Source: Raillietiella orientalis (lineage: Eukaryota). From it: a stretch of 64,000 nucleotides of DNA. Positions 32,901-45,022 of this stretch are shown piece by piece. The notes under the pieces are model-generated. The model was given only the letters and a program-made list of their open reading frames with translations, did no database searches and was not told where the DNA came from. The stretch is taken from assembly GCA_036172245.1 (NCBI GenBank), contig JAYWIR010000016.1, positions 3,286,001 through 3,350,000 of the forward strand, read 5' to 3'. The number at the start of each line of letters is the position of its first letter. Within the stretch, counting starts at the first letter, position 1. The position numbers were made by a program, and so were the translations under genes.

Positions 32901-34589
32901 CCTGAAGTTCCGCTCTCCAGCGCGTGGGGCCTTACTGGAGGTGCGCGTCCCGCACCCACTCCGCACGTCGCGGAGGGAGGGAAGGGTGGGGTAGTGGTGC
33001 TGTCGCCGCCGTGAGAGTCTGGAACGCTGAAGAAGGGAGCGGAGGTGAGACAAGGAGCCGACCCCTATCCCCGTAAGCTGGCAGTCGTCCGGCTCCTGGT
33101 AATGCCGTCGTGGACCAAAGCTGCAGGAGAGGCGACGACTCTCCGCGCGCACTTCTCGCGCTGGGAAGCTGCGCTGAGGCGCCTCCTGCTGTTCCTCGTG
33201 ATGTTCCCGTTCGTTACCCTCGGGAAGGCCGCCCGCCCGGGAGGAGCTTCCCATACGTGTCGCAGCTGTCCTTCCCCGCTGTTTCCTAGTAGTTCCTTGG
33301 TCATGTGTACCCCGTGGTCCTGGAGACCCAACTATCCGTGTCCCGTACCGGGGCGCCCGTCACTCTTTGGATGACGGCGGCGGGAGAGGCGAGCTCTCGG
33401 GATCTTCATCCTTTCTTCCCTCGAGCTTCGTGGGGCTCCGCTGCTCGAACAGGCACCAGGCGTGGGGTGCGCGGCGGCTGCCACGGCGATGGCGTTGCGC
33501 CTCGCCGAGCACTGGGGCCGGGGCGAGCTCCGAAACGGGAGGGACCTTTCGGATGAACCGGCCGGTTGCTGCGCCACGCCTTCCCTCCCGGCATTGCGTT
33601 TCCAAGACTCGGGAGCGGCTGCGGCGCCTGGTGTCGAGAGCGTGAACCAACCGTACAGGAGCGACGCTAGGGGGGGGGGGGGGGGAACGCCCTGCGGGTT
33701 TCGAGTTCCGCCGCGAGATAACGCCGCGACGGCCAAAGGCTTCGGATGAGCATTTGCCGGGTCCACTCGCCGTCCGTGTCGACGGATACTCTATCGGCTA
33801 GGCGGGAGTAGGGAAAGTGACCCCCTCCGGGTCCCTCCTCCCCGCTTTACGCGCATCCCAGTAGAAGCGAGTTTCGGCAGTGGAGGGTCCCTGTGAGCCC
33901 CCCTCACGTCGCGAGGTTGCCGGGCCGCTCCGATGCCCCCAGGGGGTGGAGGGTGGGGGGATGAAGTAACCGTTCTTGAGTATTGGGAGAACCCCAACCC
34001 GACTGGAGCTGCAGCCCTTCACTCGGGCCAGGCGATGGCGCAACAGCAGGCAGCACGCCGCCACCTCCTGTCCTCCCGCTTTCTTCCCGAAGTCTACCGG
34101 AGGTCGCTCGAGTCGGTTTCCTTGATTTTCCCCTTTCCGCCTCCCTCCCACTCTCGAGTTGGTCTCGTCACGTTTTCCAGAAGCCCCTGCCTAATCTCTG
34201 TAGATGCTCGGCGACAGATCAGGGAGAGGAAGATACGGGGAAGTGGGACCGCCCCGTTCCGGCGTAATCCGAGCGTGCCTCCAGGGCCACCCTCGTCGTT
34301 CCCGTGAAAACATCTCTCCCCTTGCCCCCTCCCCCTCCCAGTCCTGCGCTGCGCCCGAGCTGCTGACAGATTCCCGAGTGACGTCTTCAGATCGCTTCAT
34401 TTGGGGATCACACGAAGAAAATGGGGAGCAGGCAGGCGAGAGAGATCTTCCGCTGCTTTCGTCCATCTGACCAGCCCCGCCACCGTTTCCCACCCTGTCA
34501 CGTCGACACGCTCACCCGAGTTAAATAAGTGTGCATGGGAGGGATTCCCCCCATGCGTTACATTCGGCAAGCGAGACGAGCAGGTCGGC

Positions 34590-36622
34590 AGGACGGGGCA
34601 GGGAACCACCGAGAAAGCAAAAGGAGAGCAAGCGGGAAGGACGAGGGAACGGATCGGGGTCGGCAGGGACGGGAAGGGAGGTGAGGGGAGGGGACAGGGA
34701 TTTTCTGCACCGCGCGCGCTCCCTCCCTCCTCGCAGGCTCTTCCGTCCCTTCCTTTCGTCATCGGAAACGGCGACGTTCCTTTTGCCCCCCTCCTCATCG
34801 AGGGAGCTGGGGGGAGGGAGATGAAACGCACCAGCGTCCTCCGATTGAGGGCAGCATTGCCAGCGGACCAGCGGACGAGAGTCCTTCAGGCATGAAGAGT
34901 AGCCACGGAAGCTGGATCAGCCCCCAGGATTCCCCGGGAGCGAGAGGGTCGCCTCCACGCAATGCCGCTCGCTGCGGGCGGAGCCGACGGCGCAGCAGCA
35001 GGTGCGGAGACAGTTCCTCCCCCTTCTCCCTCCTCTCGTGCAGTGTGGTCGGAGTCGATGCCTGCCCGCTCACGGAATCCCGGAGCGCGCGGACTCGTTA
35101 GGGGGGGGCGTCGTTGCCAGCTCGCCGACCGACGCAGAACGGGGGCGCACGGGTTCACACCGAGGCAGGTGGCACCGTCGCGAGTCGGTCATCAGACTCC
35201 CTGGAAAGGGGATGGAGACTCCGCGCGGAGAGGCGGTGCTGCCACTGCGCACTGCGGCATCGTTCGTAGGGCTCAAAACGTCGGGGGGGGGGGGGGGGGA
35301 TCTTCCGTTTCCTCCCTCCTCCCAACTCCTCCTCGGTGGCGCTCTCTCCGGTGGGGTGGCGAAGGGATGGCTGGAGGAGGGAGGGCAGCATCTGTAGATG
35401 CGCTATTGGAATAATCATCAAGGAAAACCCAAATCTCCCGGTTTTCGCCGTCCACAAGGGCCGACTTGCCGCCGCATGCCTGCTGCGCTGCGAAGACGTC
35501 CGCGGTGTTCCTTCCGTGGTGTTCGTCGCTGAAGCAAGGAGACGGAGAAAGGAACAGCAGGTTTCCGAAGTTGCACCACCCTGCGATGGGGGCTTTGAGA
35601 AGGAGGTCGCTTAAACGTGCCTCCACCCCATGGGGAGACGCTCCTTCCACCTGCACGTGTAATCCGGTGAAGATTGGAAGGGATTCCGGTGACCCACCTA
35701 CGAGGACATCCGTTGGTCTCCTGCCTCCCCGCAAACTGCTGCGATGCCCGGCGACAGGAGGCAGCGGGCTCCTGGATCGCTTGCACCCGGTGCCGCCGCG
35801 ACGTTTATTTTTTTTTTTAAAAGAAAAAATACAAATTAATGGGACCCGAGGTGCCTGCCGAATGCAGAACCATATTCAAAGGGGTTGACCACCGGCACGC
35901 AGTCCAGCATTTAGAGAAGTCCGGAATGGGAGGGAAGGGGCAGACAACAGATAAAGAAAGAAAGACAGGAGGGAAGAGGCGGGGGTCGAAATTGTTCCTT
36001 TCTTCCTCATACCTCTTCTTGCAGGTGAGTCCAGCACGTGGCCGTCCTCATCAAGGCGACTGCCGTTCGGGTGGCCTTCCCCCCGCCGCGGACGAGACTC
36101 CAACACGAAGAAGGCTGTGACTATGGCACGGATGCAGCGTCTCGTAGCGATCGTGGCGCGCCTGCCGTGAGTCCGCCTCCTGTGAAAAGTCGCGCCTCGG
36201 ACAGGTCTGCAGCGGTGTCCTCCGGGTGGCAGACCGCAGACGAAAGTCTCCTCCACAGGCCCGGAGAGATCCTCCAAGATCCTGGAAGAAATGCGTGGGC
36301 AGACAACCTCCCTTGCAGCAGCGCTGCTCCCTCTGAGGTAACATTCGGGCAGCAGCCTTGCTGCTAAATGGGAGGTCAGTGTTGAAATCATCGTCAGGAG
36401 AAGGGATTGGGTGAGTGGACGACGGGTCAGCTTGCAGCAAGGCTGCTGCCCGAATGTTACCTCAGAGGGAGCAGCGCTGCTTCAAGGGAGGTTGTCTGCC
36501 CACGCATCTGTCTGACACAATCCCTGTCCCTTCCCTTCACCTCCCTTCCCGTCCCTGCCGACCCCGATCCGTTCCCTCGCTTGCTCTCCTTTTGCTTTCT
36601 CGGTGGTTCCCTGCCCTGTCCT
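34590..36622. repeat. Inverted duplication of ~105-113 bp (34590-34702 / 36519-36622)
   Basis: The arms match apart from a few substitutions and one ~9-nt indel. Confidence 0.9.
36291..36507. repeat. 74-bp inverted repeat (36291-36364 / 36434-36507, one mismatch) with a 69-nt spacer
   Basis: Base-by-base comparison of the two arms. Confidence 0.95.
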
Positions 36623-36633
36623 CCCCTACCCAA

Positions 36634-37407
36634 CCCTCTGCTGCTGTGGTGGATCTCACCGATCTGCGCATCGGTTCCCGTTAAATTGCAGGCGCTACAA
36701 CCCCGAGTGCCCCACTTCGAGGACTTTTTGCACTGAGGCGAGCTGGGTATTCCGGAGGAAGACCTGCAGCAGTCCCCAGTGCTCCTGGTCAGCACTGCCC
36801 TCCCCTTAAAGTGGCAGGAGTAGGAGTTGGTGCTGCTGCACTGGGACCTCCCGTGCAATGCCCGACATCATCGGGTCCGAGGATATGTGTGCCCGAACTG
36901 GGGCAAGTGCGGGAACGGGAGTTCTTCCCTCACCTGCTTGTAACACCTGTGTTGGTGCCCTCCGTCTCCTAGGGAACGCCTCGCCGCGCCCCCAGGAACC
37001 CCCGGCGGCAACTCCAGGGGCGCTTTGAAACGCCTCCTTGTTCGTGACGGCAGATCCTCCTCCCTCTTCGGCCGTCAGCCTTGGTAGTGGCTCCCTGCTG
37101 CCTAGGCGGGATCGTCGATGCCTGAAGAGACGCAAGAGGAGGACGAAGAGACAGGGGTGCCATATCCGCTTTGCCGTCCTCTTCCTGAGGATGGCAATAA
37201 GATGGCACCATCCGAAGGACAGCTTGAAGTAAGAGCTTGCCGGTATCCTTCAAAGGATGCAGAAGACCTCCCCTAGCAGGACGTAATACAGCAGGACATC
37301 TAATTTTATTTTTGTTTCTTTTTCTTTTTGTTTGCTCCTCCCCTTCCCACCCCTCTGCTGCTGTGGTGGACCTCACCGGTCTGCGCATCGGTTCCCGTTA
37401 AATTGCA
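36634..37407 (+). repeat. 57-bp direct duplication (36634-36690 / 37351-37407, two mismatches)
   Basis: ccctctgctgctgtggtgga(t/c)ctcaccg(a/g)tctgcgcatcggttcccgttaaattgca occurs twice. Confidence 0.92.
37229..37407 (+). repeat. Dispersed repeat family member (3' part of the copy beginning at ~36050)
   Basis: Direct alignment by eye to the reverse complement of 26105-26265. Confidence 0.8.
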
Positions 37408-37549
37408 TGTGGTTGGACCAGTGGTTCAACCACAGCCTCTATTCATTCGGGAGCGGCACTGGTAGCGGTTCAAACCGAAGGACACCGATGAGGGCCGTGT
37501 CAATGGGAATCGACCTTCGGGTCCTTCCAGGAATCAAGGAGTGGGAATT

Positions 37550-38600
37550 ATTCCCCTCCGGTTATGCAAAGGAGCGGATTCCCCTTTCCGGGGAGACCAT
37601 CCGCGTCACACTAATGGCATAGGAGTGTCGCCATCGCTCCAGAGAGTGCAGGGAAGCGAGCGTTCCCTTTGGGGAAACAGCACCCTTCTGAATTTCGTTA
37701 GCATCCCTTCGGAGTTCCCTTCAGAGGAGTGAACAGGAGCTGTTCCTACGCGGGTTCCCTCCGGAGAAGAAAAAATGGAGCGGACCTTCCGAGGGTCCCT
37801 CTGGAGAGAATAAGGGAGGAAATTCCCTTAGGGGTTCCCTTTAGGAGACAAACAGAGTGCAGGTGATCTCCATTCGGGGGATCCGTCCCCAGGAGTGAGA
37901 GGAACGGACTCCGAGACCTTCCTGGATTCATAGGGCGGCTCCCTCCTGGGATCCCCCCAATCTTGAAGAATTACGCGCACCCTTGAGTGGCATGGAACAC
38001 CGTCAAAGAGCTGCGAGAACAGCGAAGCCAGAAAAGAAGGACTTCCATCATCCACAGATCCTTTCGCTCTAGGGGTGGATACCGACCCTACTCCGCGTGA
38101 ATGCGAACCTCCCCCGCCTCCCCTGCCTCGTTCGCGTGGGAATCGACGGCTCTTTCGTTCGTTCTTCCTTCCCTGGTACAGTCGGCGCTTCGGGAAGTCG
38201 CCAGCGTCTCCGCAGGCTAGGATGCGCCGCGTTTCCCCCCGTCCTTGTCGGTCCGTGGACGAGGCGCTTCCTTTTGCCCCTGCGGCGCTTCGTCCTCGGA
38301 GGGATGCCCCGAACCCGGATCGCCTGTTCTCCGTGCTCGGGCCGGTCCACCTGGAGGAGAGCTCGTCCGCCATCTTCGCGCCCCTCCAGCGACCGATGGA
38401 GGGGCGCGAAGATATCGGCGCTCTCGGCCCGAAGGCGTCGTCGTGCCTCTTCAATGCCGTGATCAGTTTTTCGAAGGTCCCGCTCGGGAGGAGCTCCCCC
38501 AGAGCGATTATCCCGCTGTCCCCGGGACTAGGTCGCCGTTCCGCTAGGTGGCGAAACCTTGGCGACTCCTCCGCGGTGCGCCCCCTACCCTTTCTGGGCA
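37550..38600 (-). mobile_element. Possible decayed LINE reverse-transcriptase fragment
   Basis: Ordered weak motifs on -: PGDSGIIAL...TFEKLI, SGFG, RIL...DFPK, KGTPKG. Spacing is irregular and no clean YADD was found. Confidence 0.33.
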
Positions 38601-39066
38601 CCCTTCGCTCGTATCGGTGGTACGATGGCTTGCGGGCATTTCACCCGCTGACTGACGCGGTGACCCATGGGGACGCGATCCGCGCGGGTCATTTACGATG
38701 GCCACAGCCCGATCCACCCGCTTGGTCGCAGGCGTCTAGGATGTAGGTTAGCTCCTCCGCCGGCTGAAGCGTGTCAGATCGGCACCTCCTCTGGCTTGTC
38801 TTTCCTGGGCGGCGGTCTTTCCCTCTGGGCCTCACCGGGAATCGGTAGCGGTTCGTCTCTGGCCTCGAATCCTTAATCAGGGGCGGAGATCGTCCCCCAG
38901 GAACGCTCCTGAGATGGAAGTCAGGAAGAGCGCCCGAGGGATGCTTCCTCGCGTTTCCCGAAGTCTCAACCACACCGGTAGGATCGTCAGGATCGCCTCA
39001 AACGGGATCGGTCGATGGGTAATCCGATGGGGCCATCTTCGTCCTCGGACCCTTTCCTTCCTTGAA

Positions 39067-39245
39067 CCGCGCTGGGCCCTTCCGGCCACCTGCAGCTCCG
39101 GCCCGCTTCTGAGCCTCACTTCCGGGATAGGGAAAAGGGAGCTCAGTTTATCTGGAGAGGGCCCACTAAGGGACGGAGGTGGCTCTCCCCGACAGTGTGC
39201 AGACGATGGAGTAGGTGGGAAGGGGGGTGCAGGAAGTGGATGGTC
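39067..39245 (+). repeat. Dispersed repeat, diverged direct copy 1 (copy 2 at 44844-45022)
   Basis: Shared blocks ttccggccacctgcag, ctgagcctcacttccgggataggga, gctcagtttatc, acggaggtggc and gaagtggatggtc are colinear over ~180 nt. Confidence 0.85.
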
Positions 39246-39949
39246 TTCGTAGAGGGAGGACTGCGGGCGTCCCGACTCTTCCAAGGGTGGCTCCTCCCGG
39301 TATCGACCGACGAGAAGCGGATCGCGTCCCACCTCGTGGGTGAGGGATTGCTATCGAAACCGGCGCGCCCACCTCGTTTCAAGAGGAGTCGCCTCCCGGA
39401 ACTGCAGAAGGTGGGGAGCAGTAGAATCGCCCCCGCACCTGCTCTTCGACTTCAGTGCCCTCCGAGGACTGTGGCGGCGGTTGCCTTCAGCGCTCCCGCA
39501 CCAGCGGGGAACACCGCCATCGACGTCGCGCACCTCTTCTTCTTCATGCGCGGCGGCCTCCCACTAGGCGCCGTGATCGCAACGACCTGTTGCATCCACG
39601 CCATAGTCATGGGGTCCACCACATATTGGAGTCGCGAGAGATCCCAGCAGAGGTCACCATGATTGCAGTTTCCAGCATGAGGACGGCTTCCGTGTGGCCT
39701 CATCTCAGAGAAGAGGTGAGGAAAGAGATCACCAGAATCCGATGCCGGTTCTGAAACGACGGAACGGCAGAATACAAGGATTCTTGTCCCCATTTCCCCC
39801 CATATCTATTTTTTTCTGAATTTTTTATATATCTATTTGTGGTCCCCTCGCTCCGGTTCCGGAATTTCCGTGCGCCCGACACGCGCGTCAGGCGGCCCTC
39901 CACTCGAACTTCTTATCCCTTTTCCTAGGAACTCCAGTCCCAGACGGTT

Positions 39950-40376
39950 TGTTCCTTTTTGGGAATAAACGCCCCGGCTCAACCGCACGGTAAACCTCGT
40001 GAGCGAGGGCGGCCGCATCCGCCGAGGTGGACGAGCAGCCACTGCCGCCGCTGCGGGCAGCAGCGTGGTCCTGGCGGACTCGTCCTCGTCTGCACACGAG
40101 GAGCGCCGTTGCCTACTGAAGGGGTCACCTACCCGGGAGGGTGCGAAGGCAGCGGCGAGAACTGCCTGTCGTGGGAGGAGGAGGCATGCCTGCGCTACCT
40201 CAAATCCCTGGACGCCCTGTCGCGCGAAGTGCTACTGACCACCGGAGCAGACCCAGAAGATAGAAAGGCTCGTTCTTCGTCCGCGGGGACGTCTCGATCG
40301 ATGGGGCCCTATGGCTTTATCCACCGGTGCCATCTTCCTCGTACGTTGGGTGCATCAAAAAAAAAAAAAAAAAAAA
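39950..40376 (+). mobile_element. 5'-truncated LINE 3' end (C-terminal CCHC-knuckle remnant plus poly(A) tail)
   Basis: Translation HGKPRER...SSHCRRCGQQRGPGGLVLVC resembles the GHG-x-F...CxxC...H...C terminus of non-LTR ORF2 (His lost). It is followed by A20 at 40357-40376. Confidence 0.45.
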
Positions 40377-43300
40377 GGTCCGTGCGTTTCCTGAGAAAAA
40401 CTGTGACGCAGAAGGGAGGCACGTGACAAGCAGCACATGTGGGTTCAGTCCTCTTCCGCCATGAGTCGAGTGCCTCAAGCGCTGAAAAGTCCACACAAAG
40501 GAGGCACTGGAGGACGGAATAAGGAAGTGGATCGGACGATGGCAAAGATAATGAAGCTGCGACGGACGCAGGAGCACACCGCCACTTGATGCATCTGACC
40601 CGCAAGGAGAGACCACCGACTGCGCTCCCTCAACAAGTCCAGCGCCTCGGGCCCCACGGGTTTCGGCCGAGGAATGGATTTTTTTTCCGGAAGGGGTGGC
40701 GAACTCTCCAGGCGAGGAGGAGACTTTCTCCTCGGCGCGGGAATCTGGCTATCCCGTGGAGTTCCTCCTCCGATGCGCAGCCCGTGTGGGGGCAGCAGGG
40801 CGCGCCGCTTTCCTTTCCTCGTTGCTCTCTGCTCCCTAAGAGAAGAGCTCCCTGGAAGCTTCCCGCCCGCGTTCGACGGCTCCTAGCGGGACCACCCTGT
40901 CCCCTCCGCGACCATCCGGCTACCCGGAAGCCCACGAAACGGCTCTGGATTGCGCTTCCTGCGCGGCGTGCAAGGGAAAGCAAACGTTGGGGAAGGGGAG
41001 GGGGGAGGACGGTGCTGGAACACTTCTGTCTCCTCCTGGAGCGCCCGCAGAAAGGCAAGAAGAGCTTTGGGATGAAAGGGAGGAGGGGATGCGCCGTGAT
41101 CAGGGAAAGCAAGTGAAAGAGATTGCGCAGCGCGGAAACCCCGGGAACCAGAGGTTTCCAATCAGCCGGTGCCGGAGGTCGTCGCATCCCTGTCTGGACC
41201 CGATGCTCAGGAGTAGCGATTTCGATGTCCTTTCCGGGAATTCAGCGACAGCTCTTGAAAAAAACGCGACGAAGGAAGGAGAAGGAGCGTTGGGAACCTC
41301 CAAGCTTTATACAGGGGGGCCTGATAAGAAATGTGGGCCGGCCGTCGGATCCCGGGCCGCCAGCGAAGGATGTATGCCGTTCTGAGAGCACCCTTTGGTG
41401 CACGGAGCGGAGTCCGATGCACGGCGCCGACACGTTACGCGCCGAGGCTGCCCGGGTCGCGAGGAGGAGCGGCGTCTACGGCGATCGGGGATGCAGAGCT
41501 GGTCTTCCGGACCGGCTGGGCGAGTTGCGGAGCTGGAGGGAAAAAGTCCCGCCAGCATTCGTTTCACGTATCGATTCCCTGTCAGAGGCCGCCGTCCTTC
41601 CGGTCCGTTCCGCAGGCAACCGCCTTTCCTTTCTTTTTGTTCTTTGCGGTGCAAACCGGTCGCCAACGAGGCAGCAGCGTCGGAGGAGGACACGTTGCAG
41701 TTTGCCCAGCCGCCTCGAGTTGCCATGGCCAAAAGTTGCGATCGGCTGTTCCCTGGAGAGCCGCGTCGCCGTGCGCGACGCTCTTCGCCGACATTTATGG
41801 AACCTGCCGACGTCCCCGCGCACTCCCTGGGGGTGGGAGAAAGGGAGGGGAGCTTGGACAGCGTGCAGCTCTGTAGGTGGTGGTTCTGGCCCTTTGTGGT
41901 TTTCGAGCGGAATCCCCCGAACTCCCTGTCATCCCCCCCCACCCCGGGCCTCGTGCAGACCTCCGAAGGAGCCGTATGAGCGGCGGCTTCTTCCGAGGTC
42001 GCCACGCAAGAAGGCGAGGGCGGCATCGCGATTGAGGGACGGATCTTCGCGCCAGCTGAGCGAAGAGCTCTGCGCGGGGACCATCGCTGCGCTTCGCAAG
42101 GGCGGGAGGGATCGAGTGGCCTATAGCAGCCCACCCGCCCTTCCTTGGACAGCTCTTCCTCCAGTGAGGGCGGCCAGAGGTCCAAGGGCGGCAGCCCGCT
42201 TGCAGAGGACATGCGGCGGTGGCGCAACTTTGCGCACATTTCGGACACCCTCCCTCCCTTCTTTTTCTTCTTTCTTCCCTCCTATCCCCCTTGACTCATG
42301 CCCTCGAGCTTCGGGTCTTCGTGCCGCCACGCACGGCCAGATGAAGGGATGCGCTCCAGGAAGGTTTTGCTGAGATAAGCCGTGACGAGGAAACTGCTGG
42401 TCTTCGAGTCTTCACCGGGAGCCCCCGGGGGGCTCTGAAGAGGTCGGCAAGGAGGCGGCGGCGACCCTGACCTCCCGGAAGTCTTTGAGAGAACCCCGGT
42501 GCCGGAAATGCGGAAAAGAGGGGCGTCAGCTCCCGCGCGCGAAACGCGCCGGTTTTCAGAAAGGGGATGGGGGAGGAGCCTGCGGGAAGGCAACGGCGAG
42601 CCCTCAGAGGAGAGGGTGGCTTCCATGAGATGGGCCGCGATGGCGGCAGGTCCGTGGGGATCCCCGTCCTGCGGCACAGGGAGGCGGCCGGAGCGGCGTC
42701 TCCTCCTCTCCCTGCAAGAGGAGAGGGAAAGGGTAAGTGGAGGGGGAAGGGGGAGAGACCACCTCTCGGAAGGCTGCGCGCTCTGGAGCTACTCCCACGC
42801 CGCGCTCAGGTGATAGGTCCTCCGAAAGCCGCGCCCGTGGCGTCCGAGTGGGTGGCATCGGCGAGCTGAGGACGGCTCCCACCGCTCCTTCTAAGGGGGG
42901 AGGCGGTAGTTCCGTCACGTCCACGGGGAGCCCGGCGCAGCCCTTCCCCCCCCCCCGTGGAGTCGGATAGGGACTCCCGGAGAGGAGGACACGGGCGTGT
43001 GTGCCCCTCCGCCGCCGCGCGGAGGAGCGACACGGAAGATGCTGGAACCGTTCCAAGATGGAGGACCGGCCCCACCTTCGTACGGGGCGAAGGCCGAGGT
43101 CACCGGCCCTCGGCCCCTCTTGGACCGCGAGAGGCGCCCCCCTTCGCTCTGCTCTCCGAGAAGCGCCGTGCAAGAGGACGCGGGTGGTTTAAAAGAGAGA
43201 CTGCTCGAGGACGGAAGGCGCGTCCTGGCGCAGGGTCGGAATCAGAGCGCCAGAGAAGATGGAAGTGACGTCAGACGCCTTTGGAATCGAGCGCGAAAGA

Positions 43301-44843
43301 GGAAAGGCGACGCGGGGACAGCAGGGGGCCTTTCGGGAGGATGCTGGAAGGATCCCTCCATCGGAGACCGGAGAGAGCCACTGTAGAATGCGGAGTGACC
43401 GACTCGAGGAAGAGTGGACGACGCCGTCCACCTTTTGCCGCGAGTCGCACGGGAACTCACCTGCCGGGTGCCTTCAGTCCCCTGCTGGTCGCCGCCACTC
43501 GAGGCTGCTCGATCAGCTGACCGGGGCCCAGAAGCAGGTGCGCTGCTGATCAGAGCTACGAAAGTGCTCGTGCGTGGGTGGACGAGCAGCGCACCTTCCG
43601 CAAGAAAAACACCGTCGGTCTCCTTGAGTCCTGAGCCTTGGAGCGATCTCCCCAGAAGGACATCAGAGCACATTCGGTTCCTTCTTCCCGTCCTTCCTTC
43701 GGACGAGGGAAAGGGGATCGAAAAACCAGGAATCTGCACTCTTGCGAGTACTGGGAACGAAAAAGGCAAGTCCCTTCCCCCTCCCATACCCGTCCGAAGT
43801 TTCATCCTCCCGAAAAACCGCTTTTATTTGCGTAAGAACACCGCCGGCAGGCAAAGTAGTGCCTCGCGAAGGAACCAATGGCATTCGGCGTCCGTCCACA
43901 GATCACCGTCAGCGAGCATCTATAAGTAGTTCGCGGGCTCGCCCACCATCAGGAAAAAGCGACCGCCGCCTTGCGCGTAGGTCCACTGTTAACGAACGTC
44001 TGTAAATAGCATGCGTTCGTGGTAGTCCGCAAACGGCAGCACCTTCCCTGCCCCCCTCCCACGGGAGTGTGTTCAGCTCCGGGCCCCCCAACCACGGGCG
44101 CGCCCCTTCTTAAGGGGTGCGTGGCCTCGCGTCACCTTTTCTCGGGCAGCCACGAGCTTGCGCGGCACGGGCGGGAGCGAAGGGGATGCGGGACCCACCC
44201 GGATGCGGCTCTCTCTCTCTCTCTCTGGAGCGGCCCGATTTTCCCGCTCGCCCTCATCTCCGACGGCGACGTACTCCGCTCCTTTGCCTCCTCTTCCTTC
44301 CCGCTTGCTCCCGACGGTACGTCTTGCTGCTCCCTTCCTTCCCCTCGGCAACCCTGGCTCGTTTCTCTTCCCTCCTCACCTACCACTCACCCACCCCTCC
44401 GAGTCCCCACTCCGGCCCTTCGTCGAAGTCCAGCCAGGAGCGGCTGACAAGTCAGAAAAGCACATGGGCTCCTCCCTTTCTCCCGCTGGATTCTTTTGTG
44501 GAGAGCCCCTTACCAGCTACTGTTTCTCCCTCCTCCTTCCCGATCCCTGGCCTCGCTGCTGTCCCGAAAGCACCGGTCGACCCTCTTCGAGGTCGCCTCC
44601 GGAGCAAGGAAAGACGCTCTCAGGAGGGAGACGGGCAAGGGAGCTTCGCCGTTCAGCCAGGGATGGTGACCATGGCAGCAACACCCCGGTTCCGTGGAGA
44701 GCACACCGGGTGTCTCCGGCGCGGAAGCCCCTGACGTCCGAGGGCGCCTCTCGAGGATCCGCTGGTAGTGTCGTTAGTTGGCTCGACCCTCCCGTTCGTC
44801 TGCTTTGTCTCCTCCCCCCCCACTCTCCTCCTCCTTCCTTGCG

Positions 44844-45022
44844 CCGCGCTAGGCGCTTCCGGCCACCTGCAGACCCGGCCCTCTGCTGAGCCTCACTTCC
44901 GGGATAGGGAAGGGGAGGCTCAGTTTATCCTGAGAGGACCCACGAAAGAACGGAGGTGGCGCTCCCCGAGGTGCGCAGGCGATGTCGTGTGTGTCCAGTG
45001 GTGGTGCAAGAAGTGGATGGTC
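44844..45022 (+). repeat. Dispersed repeat, diverged direct copy 2; possibly a gag-like LINE ORF1 remnant on - (extends to ~45300)
   Basis: Colinear with 39067-39245. Minus-strand translation fragments RKYRGKTTTPLGTVLI and SCTTTGHTRHR are loosely gag/zinc-knuckle-like (weak). Confidence 0.8.

Noticed and set aside
39867..40386. TCCGTGCG as a target-site duplication of the poly(A)-tailed fragment
   Set aside because: It is only 8 bp, does not directly abut the A-tail, and could easily be chance in GC-rich DNA.
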